Below are positions 29,960 through 39,023 of a stretch of DNA of 64,000 nucleotides, in pieces. The position numbers and the translations under genes were made by a program. The notes under the pieces are model-generated. The model ran no database searches. It worked only from the letters and a program-made list of their open reading frames with translations, and was not told where the DNA came from. Origin of the DNA: a virus. Lineage: Duplodnaviria > Caudoviricetes. Each line of letters opens with the position of its first letter. Position 1 is the stretch's first letter. Location: the IMG/VR virus record IMGVR_UViG_3300047551_002158. One strand, given 5' to 3'.

Positions 29960-31315
29960 ATGGATCCTAAAATTCTGAGAGAAGCAGCTCTTGCATATCA
30001 AGCAGTTTATGACCAAGATCTGCGTCAGGAAATTGAAGAGCAGCAAGACTTTGAGAACTGGGTAAATTCACTTGTAGAAGAAGGTTATGACCTGAGTGAG
30101 TATACCTGGGAAGATATGTATGAAACATATATAACAGAAATTGCCGTTCCTCCGAAAGATCCAGCAGCTGCCCGTGCTCAAAGTGCAGCTGCTGCACAAG
30201 GATTTCGCAATATTGGTAATGCAGTTAGAACAGTAGCAAATCCTATGGGTGCTATTGTTAGAGGTATGCAGGATGCAACTACTCGCTATAGGGCAGCAGG
30301 TCCTCGTGATGTTAAAGGTAGACCATTAAATCAAAAACCAACACAAACTCCAGCAAAACCAACATCATCCTCAACTCAATCTCGTTTTTCTGGAGCAAGA
30401 GACGCTGCAGTTGCAAGAGCAAGACAAATTCAAGGTTCTCCTGTAGTTGGATCAAAACCCTCTACAGGTTCTGCAGCAAGACCTTCTGCAGCACCAGCAG
30501 CAAGACCTTCTGGTGGTTCTTCTGCTCCTGCAGCAAGACCAGCAGCATCCGCACCAACTGCAAAACCATCACCAACCCCATCTGCAGCTGCACCAGCAAA
30601 ACCAACTCCAGCACCTTCAACTCCTGCGGCAAAACCATCTGCGATGGATCAGTGGGCAAAGGCAAATCCAAAACTTGCTGCAGCAAAAGCAGAAAGAGAT
30701 AGAACAAGAGGAACAAGTTCAACAACTAATCCTCAAATGGCAGACTTGAAGAGCAAACTTCCTGCGCCAAAATCGCCATCACCAACTACAACATCAACAG
30801 CATTTGCAAAACCAACTCCAGCATTAGGATCATCTTCATCTGCAGTTCAGTCTGGAGGTTCTGCGGCAGCTTCTAGACCATCAACCAATCAAACTGCAAC
30901 TGCATTTTCTAGTCCTTCTTTAGCAAGGTCATCATCTTCAACACCAGCAGCAAAACCAACTCCTATGAAGAAACCTATGGGTTCTTCAAAACCAGGAAGT
31001 CTTGTTTCTGGTTTTGATTTGTTTGATGTTGTAAAGGGATATTTGATTGATGAGGGATTTGCTGAAACTGAACAGGCAGCAATTGCTATTATGGCAAATA
31101 TGAGTGAAGAGTGGAAACTTGAAATTATTAGTGAAATGAGTCCTACAATGCAGAAACTTACTTCAAGACCATCTGTAAACATTGGTGGAGGTAGTTCATC
31201 GGGTTCAAGACCATTAACAACTTCTTCTGCGGCAAAAAAACCTACTACACAATCTAATAGTGGGTTAACTCCAATGCAGAGATTGCAAAGACCAGCAAGT
31301 GGAACTATCCAATAA
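29960..31315 (+). CDS. Pro/Ala/Ser-rich late protein carrying the same acidic modules as copies A and B
   Basis: LVEEGYDLSEYTWEDM; DLFDVVKGYLIDEGFAETEQAAIAIMANMSEEW; low-complexity core. Confidence 0.75.
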   Translation: MDPKILREAALAYQAVYDQDLRQEIEEQQDFENWVNSLVEEGYDLSEYTWEDMYETYITEIAVPPKDPAAARAQSAAAAQGFRNIGNAVRTVANPMGAIVRGMQDATTRYRAAGPRDVKGRPLNQKPTQTPAKPTSSSTQSRFSGARDAAVARARQIQGSPVVGSKPSTGSAARPSAAPAARPSGGSSAPAARPAASAPTAKPSPTPSAAAPAKPTPAPSTPAAKPSAMDQWAKANPKLAAAKAERDRTRGTSSTTNPQMADLKSKLPAPKSPSPTTTSTAFAKPTPALGSSSSAVQSGGSAAASRPSTNQTATAFSSPSLARSSSSTPAAKPTPMKKPMGSSKPGSLVSGFDLFDVVKGYLIDEGFAETEQAAIAIMANMSEEWKLEIISEMSPTMQKLTSRPSVNIGGGSSSGSRPLTTSSAAKKPTTQSNSGLTPMQRLQRPASGTIQ

Positions 31316-31342
31316 ATAATTACGGAAGGTTGCTCTAACCCC

Positions 31343-31371
31343 TTGACTTTTTAGTTGAGGGGTTTTATAAT
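31343..31371 (+). promoter_or_regulatory. Sigma70-type promoter for the solitary tRNA-Ala
   Basis: TTGACT-N17-TATAAT inside an AACCCC/GGGGTT hairpin. Confidence 0.75.
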
Positions 31372-31381
31372 ATCCGAACTT

Positions 31382-31453
31382 GGGGTGTTCGTATAACGGC
31401 TATTACTCTGGATTTGCATTCCAGCAATAAGGATTCGATTTCCTTACACTCCA
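31382..31453 (+). tRNA. tRNA-Ala(UGC), solitary
   Basis: Acceptor GGGGTGT/ACACTCC with G3:U70; anticodon arm CTGGA-TTTGCAT-TCCAG; T arm AAGGA-TTCGATT-TCCTT. Confidence 0.9.
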
Positions 31454-31490
31454 TTATAAAAAGAATAATAAATACTTGAAAAAAAGTATT

Positions 31491-32645
31491 ATGGCAGTAG
31501 ATTACAATAAGGGGGATGTTTCCGAAGCTATCCTTGCCGCTGCTATTGCTGCAAAATTTAAAAAAAGAATTAATGCTTCGGATTTTAAATCAACCAATAT
31601 TCCAATTAAGGTAGGAAATCTTCCACCAATAACAAAATCAGATGTTGAGGAAATACTTTCATTTTTAGTTAAATCTTTTAGATATTCAACTTCAGTTAGA
31701 GATATTGATAGATTAACAAAAACGACAACAAATATATATGACAACATTCAAGTTAGCGTTAGTATTCCGCAAAAAAGTGCTGAATTCTTAAAAAAGAGGT
31801 CGAATTGGTCCAAGGTTTCTAATATATTTACTTCTGCAATAGCAAAGGTAAATACCGATCCAAGATTAAAAGCAAAGGCATATGGTTTATCTGTAAATAA
31901 AAAAAACGATACTATTATTGTAAGAGCAGTTGGTACAGAAGCACAGACAGCAACTAAAGTTGATATTAGGGTTGAGATTATAAATCAAGGACAAAGATTG
32001 CCCAATAAAGCAAATCAAATATCATTAAAGTATGATGCTCCACAATTTGCCCAATCCGTAGGACTTGAGTTTGAAAATTTTGGAAAAATATTTGATGCTC
32101 TTGGATTGAACAATTATTTAAAATATAATCAGATGTTTTTATCTGAAGTTATGGATGTTTATCCTGATATTATGGGTAAGAAGTTTGATAGTAGAGATGC
32201 TATAAAATCTTCTAATGAAGTTAAAGCATTAAAAAAGGTTGCAAAGGAAGTTTTTGCGACTATTGGAGATCAATTAGAAGATAAATTAACTGGGTCTGGA
32301 AGAGAGCAGTTTAGAAGATCTTTGGCAGCATACTGTAAGGAAAGAGCTACAAAAAATGAAAGCGGAGTTGAATTGGTTAAATTTACTACAAGAGGTGGAT
32401 CAGTAACCCAAACATTTGGTCAGTCATTTTTTGAAAATGTTGCAAATGCTGATTTAAAAGTTCATAAGGATCTGGGTGGGAGTGATCCAAAAATATTAAT
32501 ATATTCCGGAACATCTGCGACAAAAACAAATACTTTAATACAGTTTAGATATAGAACTGATGCAACAGCAAAAGATAAAAATGGTAAATATAAAATTTTA
32601 ATGAGGTCTTATGTTGAATCTGGCGATCTTTTGTACAAATTATAA
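31491..32645 (+). CDS. Hypothetical late protein, possible PD-(D/E)xK-like nuclease
   Basis: NKGDVSEAILA; TKVDIRV...QISLK pattern; late TAAATA box upstream. Confidence 0.5.
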   Translation: MAVDYNKGDVSEAILAAAIAAKFKKRINASDFKSTNIPIKVGNLPPITKSDVEEILSFLVKSFRYSTSVRDIDRLTKTTTNIYDNIQVSVSIPQKSAEFLKKRSNWSKVSNIFTSAIAKVNTDPRLKAKAYGLSVNKKNDTIIVRAVGTEAQTATKVDIRVEIINQGQRLPNKANQISLKYDAPQFAQSVGLEFENFGKIFDALGLNNYLKYNQMFLSEVMDVYPDIMGKKFDSRDAIKSSNEVKALKKVAKEVFATIGDQLEDKLTGSGREQFRRSLAAYCKERATKNESGVELVKFTTRGGSVTQTFGQSFFENVANADLKVHKDLGGSDPKILIYSGTSATKTNTLIQFRYRTDATAKDKNGKYKILMRSYVESGDLLYKL

Positions 32646-32682
32646 ATAACTAAAAGACACTTAAGTGCGATAAGATACATTA

Positions 32683-33975
32683 ATGAAAAGTTTTCTAAAT
32701 TTTCTTACTGAAGCAACGCAGTCGCAAGCAGCAATGCAAGCGAAGAAACTTGGTTTAACTGGAGACGGTCATGGCGGATGGATTGACCGTTCTGGTAAAG
32801 TTATTGCAAGAACAGAAAAAGGAAAACTTAAGTATATTGATGGTCGTCAATCAAAAGGTGCAGAGCAACCAGCAGCACAAGCACCTCAAGCAGCACCCGC
32901 TCCTGCTCCTCAACCAGTTGCAACAGCACAAGCACCTATTCCACAACCCCAAGCAGCACCAGGACAAGCACCAGAGGAGCAACCCGCAGAAGAACTACCA
33001 CCACTCACTGTTGTCTTTGGTCGCTTCAATCCACCAACAGTAGGACACGAAAAACTTCTTAAGTCTGCAAAGAGAATTTCTGCTGGTGGAGATATTAAGA
33101 TTTATCCTTCAAGATCCCAAGATCCAAAGAAAAATCCTTTAGATCCTGATATTAAAGTTTCGTATATGAAAAAGATGTTTCCTGAATTTGAGGAAACTAT
33201 TATTAATGATAAAGATATGAAGACTATCTTTGATGTTCTTGTAACTGCTAATGAAGATGGATATACAAGTGTCAATATTGTAGTTGGTTCGGATCGTCAA
33301 GCAGAATTTGAAAATTTAGCACAAAAGTATAATGGAGATCTTTATTCGTTTGATCAAATTCGTGTAATATCTGCTGGAGTAAGAGATGCTGATGCTGAAG
33401 GTGTGGAAGGAATGTCTGCATCCAAGATGAGAAAAGCAGTTCTTGATGATGACTTTGCATCATTCCGTAGAGGAACTCCAAAGACACTTGATGATGGAGA
33501 AACTCAAGCACTCTTTAATGCAGTTCGCCAAGGAATGGGTGCAAAGAAGTCAAAAGTTAAAAAGGAAAGTTATTCCCTATGGGAGATTGCCCCAAAGTAT
33601 GATATGAGAAATCTTCGTGAGAATTATGTAAGAGGAAAAATTTTTAGAATGGGTGATAAAGTTCAAAATCTCAATACTGGATTGATTGGAGAAGTAATGC
33701 GTAGAGGAACTAATCATCTCATTTGTGTAACTGAAGAAGGTTATATGTTTAAGTCTTGGATTAAGGATTTGATGGAATATACTGAAGTTAAGATGGATAG
33801 TATGTATAGATCTCCAGGAAAACCAAATACTCTTGCGGGAACAACAGGGTATTTGAAGTATGCAATGAAACAAACTCCAGGATCTACTTTAGGAAAAGAA
33901 AATCTTCAAGCAGGTGGATCTTCATTTTTAGACAAATTTATAAATAAGTATAAGAAACAAAAAGTACGTGTTTAA
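32683..33975 (+). CDS. Cytidylyltransferase-like (HxGH) nucleotidyltransferase with a capsid-targeting-like leader
   Basis: FGRFNPPTVGH; VVGSDR; MSASKMR; starts MKSFLNFLTEA. Confidence 0.85.
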   Translation: MKSFLNFLTEATQSQAAMQAKKLGLTGDGHGGWIDRSGKVIARTEKGKLKYIDGRQSKGAEQPAAQAPQAAPAPAPQPVATAQAPIPQPQAAPGQAPEEQPAEELPPLTVVFGRFNPPTVGHEKLLKSAKRISAGGDIKIYPSRSQDPKKNPLDPDIKVSYMKKMFPEFEETIINDKDMKTIFDVLVTANEDGYTSVNIVVGSDRQAEFENLAQKYNGDLYSFDQIRVISAGVRDADAEGVEGMSASKMRKAVLDDDFASFRRGTPKTLDDGETQALFNAVRQGMGAKKSKVKKESYSLWEIAPKYDMRNLRENYVRGKIFRMGDKVQNLNTGLIGEVMRRGTNHLICVTEEGYMFKSWIKDLMEYTEVKMDSMYRSPGKPNTLAGTTGYLKYAMKQTPGSTLGKENLQAGGSSFLDKFINKYKKQKVRV

Positions 33976-33980
33976 TTAAG

Positions 33981-35702
33981 ATGTCTATCAATCCTCTAAA
34001 TGATATTTCCAGAGTATATCTGGAGCAGGTTGTCGAATCTTCTCATCTTGAGACTGATATGAAAACGCGTCGTAAGAATAATGAAAAAGCAGTTAAAGAT
34101 ATGAAAAAAACAAAAGCATATCAAGATATGGTTGATGCTGCCAGAAAGAAGTTTGATGAGGCATTAGATCCAGTAGGGCAAGAAGATGCTGATGTTGATA
34201 ATGATGGTAAGAAAAATACAAAGTCCGATAAGTATCTCCTAAAGCGTAGAGCAGCAATATCAAAAGCAATTACTCATAAAGAGGCATTAGATCCTGTTGG
34301 TAAGGAAGATGATGATATTGATAATGATGGAATTCCAAATACTAAATCTGATAAGTATCTAAAGCATCGTAGAAAAGTTCGCGGAAAAGTTATTGCTAAA
34401 GAAGGTTTCTCAAACTGGAGAGAGGATCTGATTGAAGTTACCAGCAAACTTGAAGGAAAGGATGGTAAGGAACCAAAAATTGTAGAAAAATCTGTTGATA
34501 ACAAAATAAATATCAATCCAAATCTTGATCTTGGTGAAGCAGTAGAAAATCTTGGTGGAACTCTGCTTGAAATGGTTGAGATTGAAAACTTTGAAGGAGT
34601 TCTTGATGAATTTACTGAATCTGAAATCTTCTTACTTTCTGATCAATTAATTGAACAAGTAGTGGAAGAATTTTTCTATGAGTGTATTGAAGAAGGTTAT
34701 GATATTTTAGAAGTAGAAAATAGACTTATAGAGTCCCTTGAAATTTCTTGTTCTATTCTGACAGAAGAAGAAAGTATTAAAGAAAGTAGACTTGAAAAAA
34801 TTAAAGGTGCTGTAAAGAGAGTTGGTAAAGCACTTGCTCATGGAGTTGGATATGCTGCTGGTGCTGCTGTAAGAGGTATAAAAGCAGCAGGTAGAGAGGT
34901 GAAATCTGGATATGAGAGAGGTAGAAGTGGTTCTTCTCAGGGCAGAACTCAAACTTCATCTTCATCCACATCTGATGGTGGAGATTCTGGTGAAAAGAAA
35001 CCTGGACTTCTTTCTAGAATTGGATCTAAGTTAAAGAGAGGTCTTGCAAAGACTGCAAGAGCAGTTTCCAGAGGAGCAAGAAATGTTGCACGCAGAGTTG
35101 AAGGTGGCGAGAAAAAAGCAACTCCCAAAGTAGCACCTAAAAAAGCAGAAAAACCAGAAGATCCTTGGTCAGGTAGTGCAACAACTCCACCAAAAGCAAA
35201 AGCAAAAACCAAAAAGGCAGCAGCACCAAAAGCAAAATCACCTACCGCAGCAAAACCAAAAGCAAAAAGAAAGTCTAAGTTAGATGATTTACTTGCTAGT
35301 GTAAGAAGCGAAGAAGCACAACTTGATGAAATTGCTCCATTAGTTGCTGGTGGTCTTGCTATAGGTGGAGCAGCTCTTGCTGGAAAGGCTATTGCAGATA
35401 AAATGGAGCAGAGTAGACAGAAAGTAACTTCACCATCTACTGCTAAACCAACTCCATCTTCATCATTATCAGATAAAATGAGAGCAAGAAATCAGCAAAT
35501 GAGAGAATTGATGAATTCTTATGAATTGGAAGGAAATCAAATTGATGAAAAAACACTAAGTGATGCTGAAACGAAAAAGAAGGAAGAAATTGTAAAGTCA
35601 ATGAAAGATAAAGCATCAGACTTTGAAAAGAGATATCCTGGTCGTGGTAAAGAAGTAATGTATGCTACTGCCACTAAGATGGCTAAAAAAATTGCAAAAT
35701 AA
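33981..35702 (+). CDS. Large modular late protein with alternating acidic and basic blocks
   Basis: Two 41-aa EALDPVGxEDxDxDNDG repeats; Lys/Ala-rich segment; many L/I-x-E motifs. Confidence 0.7.
   Translation: MSINPLNDISRVYLEQVVESSHLETDMKTRRKNNEKAVKDMKKTKAYQDMVDAARKKFDEALDPVGQEDADVDNDGKKNTKSDKYLLKRRAAISKAITHKEALDPVGKEDDDIDNDGIPNTKSDKYLKHRRKVRGKVIAKEGFSNWREDLIEVTSKLEGKDGKEPKIVEKSVDNKININPNLDLGEAVENLGGTLLEMVEIENFEGVLDEFTESEIFLLSDQLIEQVVEEFFYECIEEGYDILEVENRLIESLEISCSILTEEESIKESRLEKIKGAVKRVGKALAHGVGYAAGAAVRGIKAAGREVKSGYERGRSGSSQGRTQTSSSSTSDGGDSGEKKPGLLSRIGSKLKRGLAKTARAVSRGARNVARRVEGGEKKATPKVAPKKAEKPEDPWSGSATTPPKAKAKTKKAAAPKAKSPTAAKPKAKRKSKLDDLLASVRSEEAQLDEIAPLVAGGLAIGGAALAGKAIADKMEQSRQKVTSPSTAKPTPSSSLSDKMRARNQQMRELMNSYELEGNQIDEKTLSDAETKKKEEIVKSMKDKASDFEKRYPGRGKEVMYATATKMAKKIAK
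34158..34403 (+). repeat. Tandem 123-nt (41-aa) duplication with DxDNDG motif
   Basis: EALDPVGQEDADVDNDGKKNTKSDKYL / EALDPVGKEDDDIDNDGIPNTKSDKYL. Confidence 0.85.
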
Positions 35703-35738
35703 AAAATCTAAATAGTTAAAATCATATAGGAGGTTATT

Positions 35739-35930
35739 ATGCTAACAGGTTCTCTATTATTTGCAGTTAAAAGCGGTGCTCTAAGTGCTGTTAATGTTCA
35801 ACTCATTCTTGGCATTCTTCTTGCTGTTTCTGAAGTTCTTGGTGCCGATCCAAGAGTTAAGGCAAATGGAATTATTTCATTTATCTTAGTCCAGGCACAA
35901 AATCTTCTGAAAGCAAAAAAAGAAGGTTGA
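35739..35930 (+). CDS. Small membrane protein
   Basis: GGAGG RBS; hydrophobic helices; basic C-terminus. Confidence 0.65.
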   Translation: MLTGSLLFAVKSGALSAVNVQLILGILLAVSEVLGADPRVKANGIISFILVQAQNLLKAKKEG

Positions 35931-36024
35931 GATAAAATAAAATAAGTTTTATAGAGACTGAGTTTTATCAGTCTCTATTTTTTATAAATAATTTTTAGCA
36001 AATAACTTTTACGGAAGAAAGAAC

Positions 36025-36777
36025 ATGGCACTCTGGGGAAATAATGATGCTAAAGGATCTGGCGGTACAGTATCTTTAAATTATGAGACTCTTGTTGTAA
36101 CTGGATCAGGAACTACCTTTGGTCAAGTTGGAGCAGCAGCAACTGGTGATGTAATTAGATTTGGCGCGGCATTCGGTGTGCATTATGGTGATGCCGTAAT
36201 TGTTGGAATTGCAAGTACTACAGTGCTCTCAATTGCATCGACTGCTGGACTAAGTGGAGATGCAATTTCTGGAGTTCAATTCCAGATTAGCGAATCTCCA
36301 AAATTTGCTGTTCTTGACAGCCATTGGAATCAGTCAACTGGTTCTGTAACAGAGACTTATAACTTCTTACAGACTACTGCAACTTACACTGCAGGTGTTG
36401 GAACAGATAAAATTTTGGTTGGAAGTGTTGTTGGAGTAAAAACTGGAGATACTCTAACCGGAGTTAATACGACTGGCGTTGTTGCTTCTATTGGAACAAC
36501 TTCTGTTTCTCTTGCATCCACTATTGGATCTGCTATTACTGCGGGAGATATTATTAAATTCTCAAGAGTAACTGGTGGACATGAATCCGTTGTGGTTGGA
36601 GTCAGTAGTATTTCTGTTGGAGCTGCTGCATCCACTAAGTTTGAATTAACTCACTCTGGGTGGGTTGGTATTATGACATACACAGATAGTGAAGGTAATC
36701 TGAGAGTTAAGAGTGAAGTTCTTGTTGCAATGTCTGGAATCACGACAGGAAATACTGATTATCCACCTGCACTATAA
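36025..36777 (+). CDS. Probable virion structural protein
   Basis: MALWG start; Gly/Thr/Val-rich; HSGWVG...RVKSEVLVAMS; late promoter. Confidence 0.7.
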   Translation: MALWGNNDAKGSGGTVSLNYETLVVTGSGTTFGQVGAAATGDVIRFGAAFGVHYGDAVIVGIASTTVLSIASTAGLSGDAISGVQFQISESPKFAVLDSHWNQSTGSVTETYNFLQTTATYTAGVGTDKILVGSVVGVKTGDTLTGVNTTGVVASIGTTSVSLASTIGSAITAGDIIKFSRVTGGHESVVVGVSSISVGAAASTKFELTHSGWVGIMTYTDSEGNLRVKSEVLVAMSGITTGNTDYPPAL

Positions 36778-36780
36778 TGT

Positions 36781-37173
36781 ATGATCTTTAATGAATTGAA
36801 TGAGGATAATTTCCTCATGTTTGCTATTAAACATTATGAAAATCCTCAGGCAGTTACTAAAGAAGACTTTGAGAAGGATTTAAATCACTTTAAGTATATT
36901 AAAAGATTATTGAAAAGATATAAAAGAGAAGGTGAATTAAAAACTCATCTTCTCTTGAATCATTTTATTATTCTTTATAATATTTTTGGAGAAGCAACAA
37001 CTCCAATGTTATTTTTTAAAATTGAAAAAGATCTTTGGTCCTCTGTAAAATCATTTATAATATTTCTTGGTAGATTTCCAGAATATCCTAAAACATTAAT
37101 ACACGATATTCCTGTTGATATAAATTGCCTATCCGAACTCTATAAAATCTACAATGGAAAAGAAGAAGATTGA
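36781..37173 (+). CDS. Conserved T4-like hypothetical protein
   Basis: EDFEKDLNHFKYIKRLL; LNHFIILYNIFG. Confidence 0.75.
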   Translation: MIFNELNEDNFLMFAIKHYENPQAVTKEDFEKDLNHFKYIKRLLKRYKREGELKTHLLLNHFIILYNIFGEATTPMLFFKIEKDLWSSVKSFIIFLGRFPEYPKTLIHDIPVDINCLSELYKIYNGKEED

Positions 37174-37387
37174 TAAAGTCATTGAAGCATTTCGTAATTA
37201 TATTAATTTAAAAGAAGAGGGAATGGTCACGGGAAGTTCTTCTGGTTCTCCTGGGTTTAGTGGATCTTCTGATCCGAAAGGTCCAACCGCAGGATTTGAT
37301 CCTGTAATGGGATTGGGAAAAAGAAAAGGTCCGCAGATAAAACTTCCACCTGGTTCCCGTAGAAGGTGGATGAAACCAAAAAACTAA
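37154..37387 (+). CDS. Small hypothetical protein
   Basis: LKEE motif; GPTAGFDPV. Confidence 0.65.
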   Translation: MEKKKIDKVIEAFRNYINLKEEGMVTGSSSGSPGFSGSSDPKGPTAGFDPVMGLGKRKGPQIKLPPGSRRRWMKPKN

Positions 37388-37452
37388 ATAATATTAAAAC
37401 TACTTGAGTTATTTGTTTCCAGTAGTGTAAGAAATAATAACTCACACGGAAA

Positions 37453-37857
37453 ATGTTTAATTCAAATACTTCTGCTGATACTAAAATTGCTGTATTAGAA
37501 GAGCGTCTATCTTCTTATGAACTTATGTTAAAAAAGATAGATGAAGCAATTCAAATTATGGGGAAGACGAGTCAAAATATTAGCAAGATGCTTGCCGTTC
37601 ACGAAGAAAGAATAGAGCAGTGTCACAAAGCTGATGATTATGTTAGCAGACTGATTGAAGAATTGAAAATTGAGAATAAAGATTCGCACGAAGCAGTGGC
37701 AGAAAGAATTGAAAAAGTTGAAAATAAATTGGAAGAATTTGTAAAATTTCGTTGGATAATAGTTGGAGTTTTTGCAGTTATATCTTTTGGACTATCGCAA
37801 TCACACGTAGTTGTTGATTTATTAACTCCAGATACTCAGCAACAAGTAATAAAATAA
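37453..37857 (+). CDS. Coiled-coil protein with a C-terminal transmembrane segment
   Basis: Heptad pattern; FRWIIVGVFAVISFGL. Confidence 0.7.
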   Translation: MFNSNTSADTKIAVLEERLSSYELMLKKIDEAIQIMGKTSQNISKMLAVHEERIEQCHKADDYVSRLIEELKIENKDSHEAVAERIEKVENKLEEFVKFRWIIVGVFAVISFGLSQSHVVVDLLTPDTQQQVIK

Positions 37858-38027
37858 ATAATTGAGTGTTGGCACAGGATGCCAATGAAAACTAAAAATC
37901 AAGCAACACTCTACTCTCTTCAGAGAATTACAAATTCGGTCGTAAAATGGACAGGGATTATGACCGCATTGTGTCTTGACAAAACGCGATAGACTGGTAG
38001 AATAAGTACACTCATTAAGGTTTGGTT

Positions 38028-39023
38028 ATGGATTTTGTTGATGTTAAATACATCAATTTGATTTCTGGAAGATTTCATAAGTTCAAAAAAATAAAACATA
38101 ATCTTTATAATTTTCGTTGCCCAATCTGTGGAGATTCGCAAAAGAATAAAAATAAGGCAAGGGGATATCTCTATCAAGTAAAAAACAATACAAACTTTAA
38201 GTGTCATAATTGTGGTATCAATATATCTTTTAATAACTTTTTAAAACAAATTGATATTACGATTCATAAGCAATATACCTTTGAAAAATTTAAAGAAGGT
38301 CATAGTGGTAAAAACTTTACTGCAGAAGAACCTCAGTTTAATTTTCAGAAACCAGACTTTTTCACAAAACGTGAAAATTCGGAAAATGTGAAAAAGTTGG
38401 GTTTACCGAAAGCGTTAACAAATCCTAACGCAAAAAAGTATCTGGAAAGTAGAAAATTAAATCCAGATAACTATTATTACACCGAAAAATTTAAAGAGTG
38501 GACTAATTCTCTTCGACCAACATTCGACAATACAAATCAAGATGAACCAAGGATTATTATTCCTTTGTTTTATCAAAATAAGTTAGTCGGATTTCAGGGA
38601 AGAGCACTTGGTCCCAGTAAGGTAAAGTACATTACTATAATGCTTGATGATGACGCACCAAAAATTTATGGTCTTGATGAAGTCAAAAAAAGTGAAACTG
38701 TCTACATCACAGAAGGTCCCTTTGACTCAACATTCATTCGCAACGCGATTGCTCTTTGTGGAGCTGATGGCGATCTTGATAAGTGGAATATTGGCAGGCG
38801 TGTTTGGATTTATGATAACGAACCACGTAATGCAGAAATCACCAACAGGATCGCAAAGCGTATTGATGAAGGAGAACAAGTTGTAATTTGGCCTTCTACA
38901 ATATCCGAAAAGGATATTAATGATATGGTTTTATCTGGACTGAATGTTCAAGATGTGATAGAATCAAATACTTACTCTGGTTTAGAAGCAAAACTTAAAT
39001 TTACTACCTGGAAGAAAATATGA
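38028..39023 (+). CDS. gp61: DNA primase (T4 gp61)
   Basis: CPICGDS and CHNCG zinc finger; TEGPFDS; YDNE TOPRIM; KDIND. Confidence 0.97.
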   Translation: MDFVDVKYINLISGRFHKFKKIKHNLYNFRCPICGDSQKNKNKARGYLYQVKNNTNFKCHNCGINISFNNFLKQIDITIHKQYTFEKFKEGHSGKNFTAEEPQFNFQKPDFFTKRENSENVKKLGLPKALTNPNAKKYLESRKLNPDNYYYTEKFKEWTNSLRPTFDNTNQDEPRIIIPLFYQNKLVGFQGRALGPSKVKYITIMLDDDAPKIYGLDEVKKSETVYITEGPFDSTFIRNAIALCGADGDLDKWNIGRRVWIYDNEPRNAEITNRIAKRIDEGEQVVIWPSTISEKDINDMVLSGLNVQDVIESNTYSGLEAKLKFTTWKKI

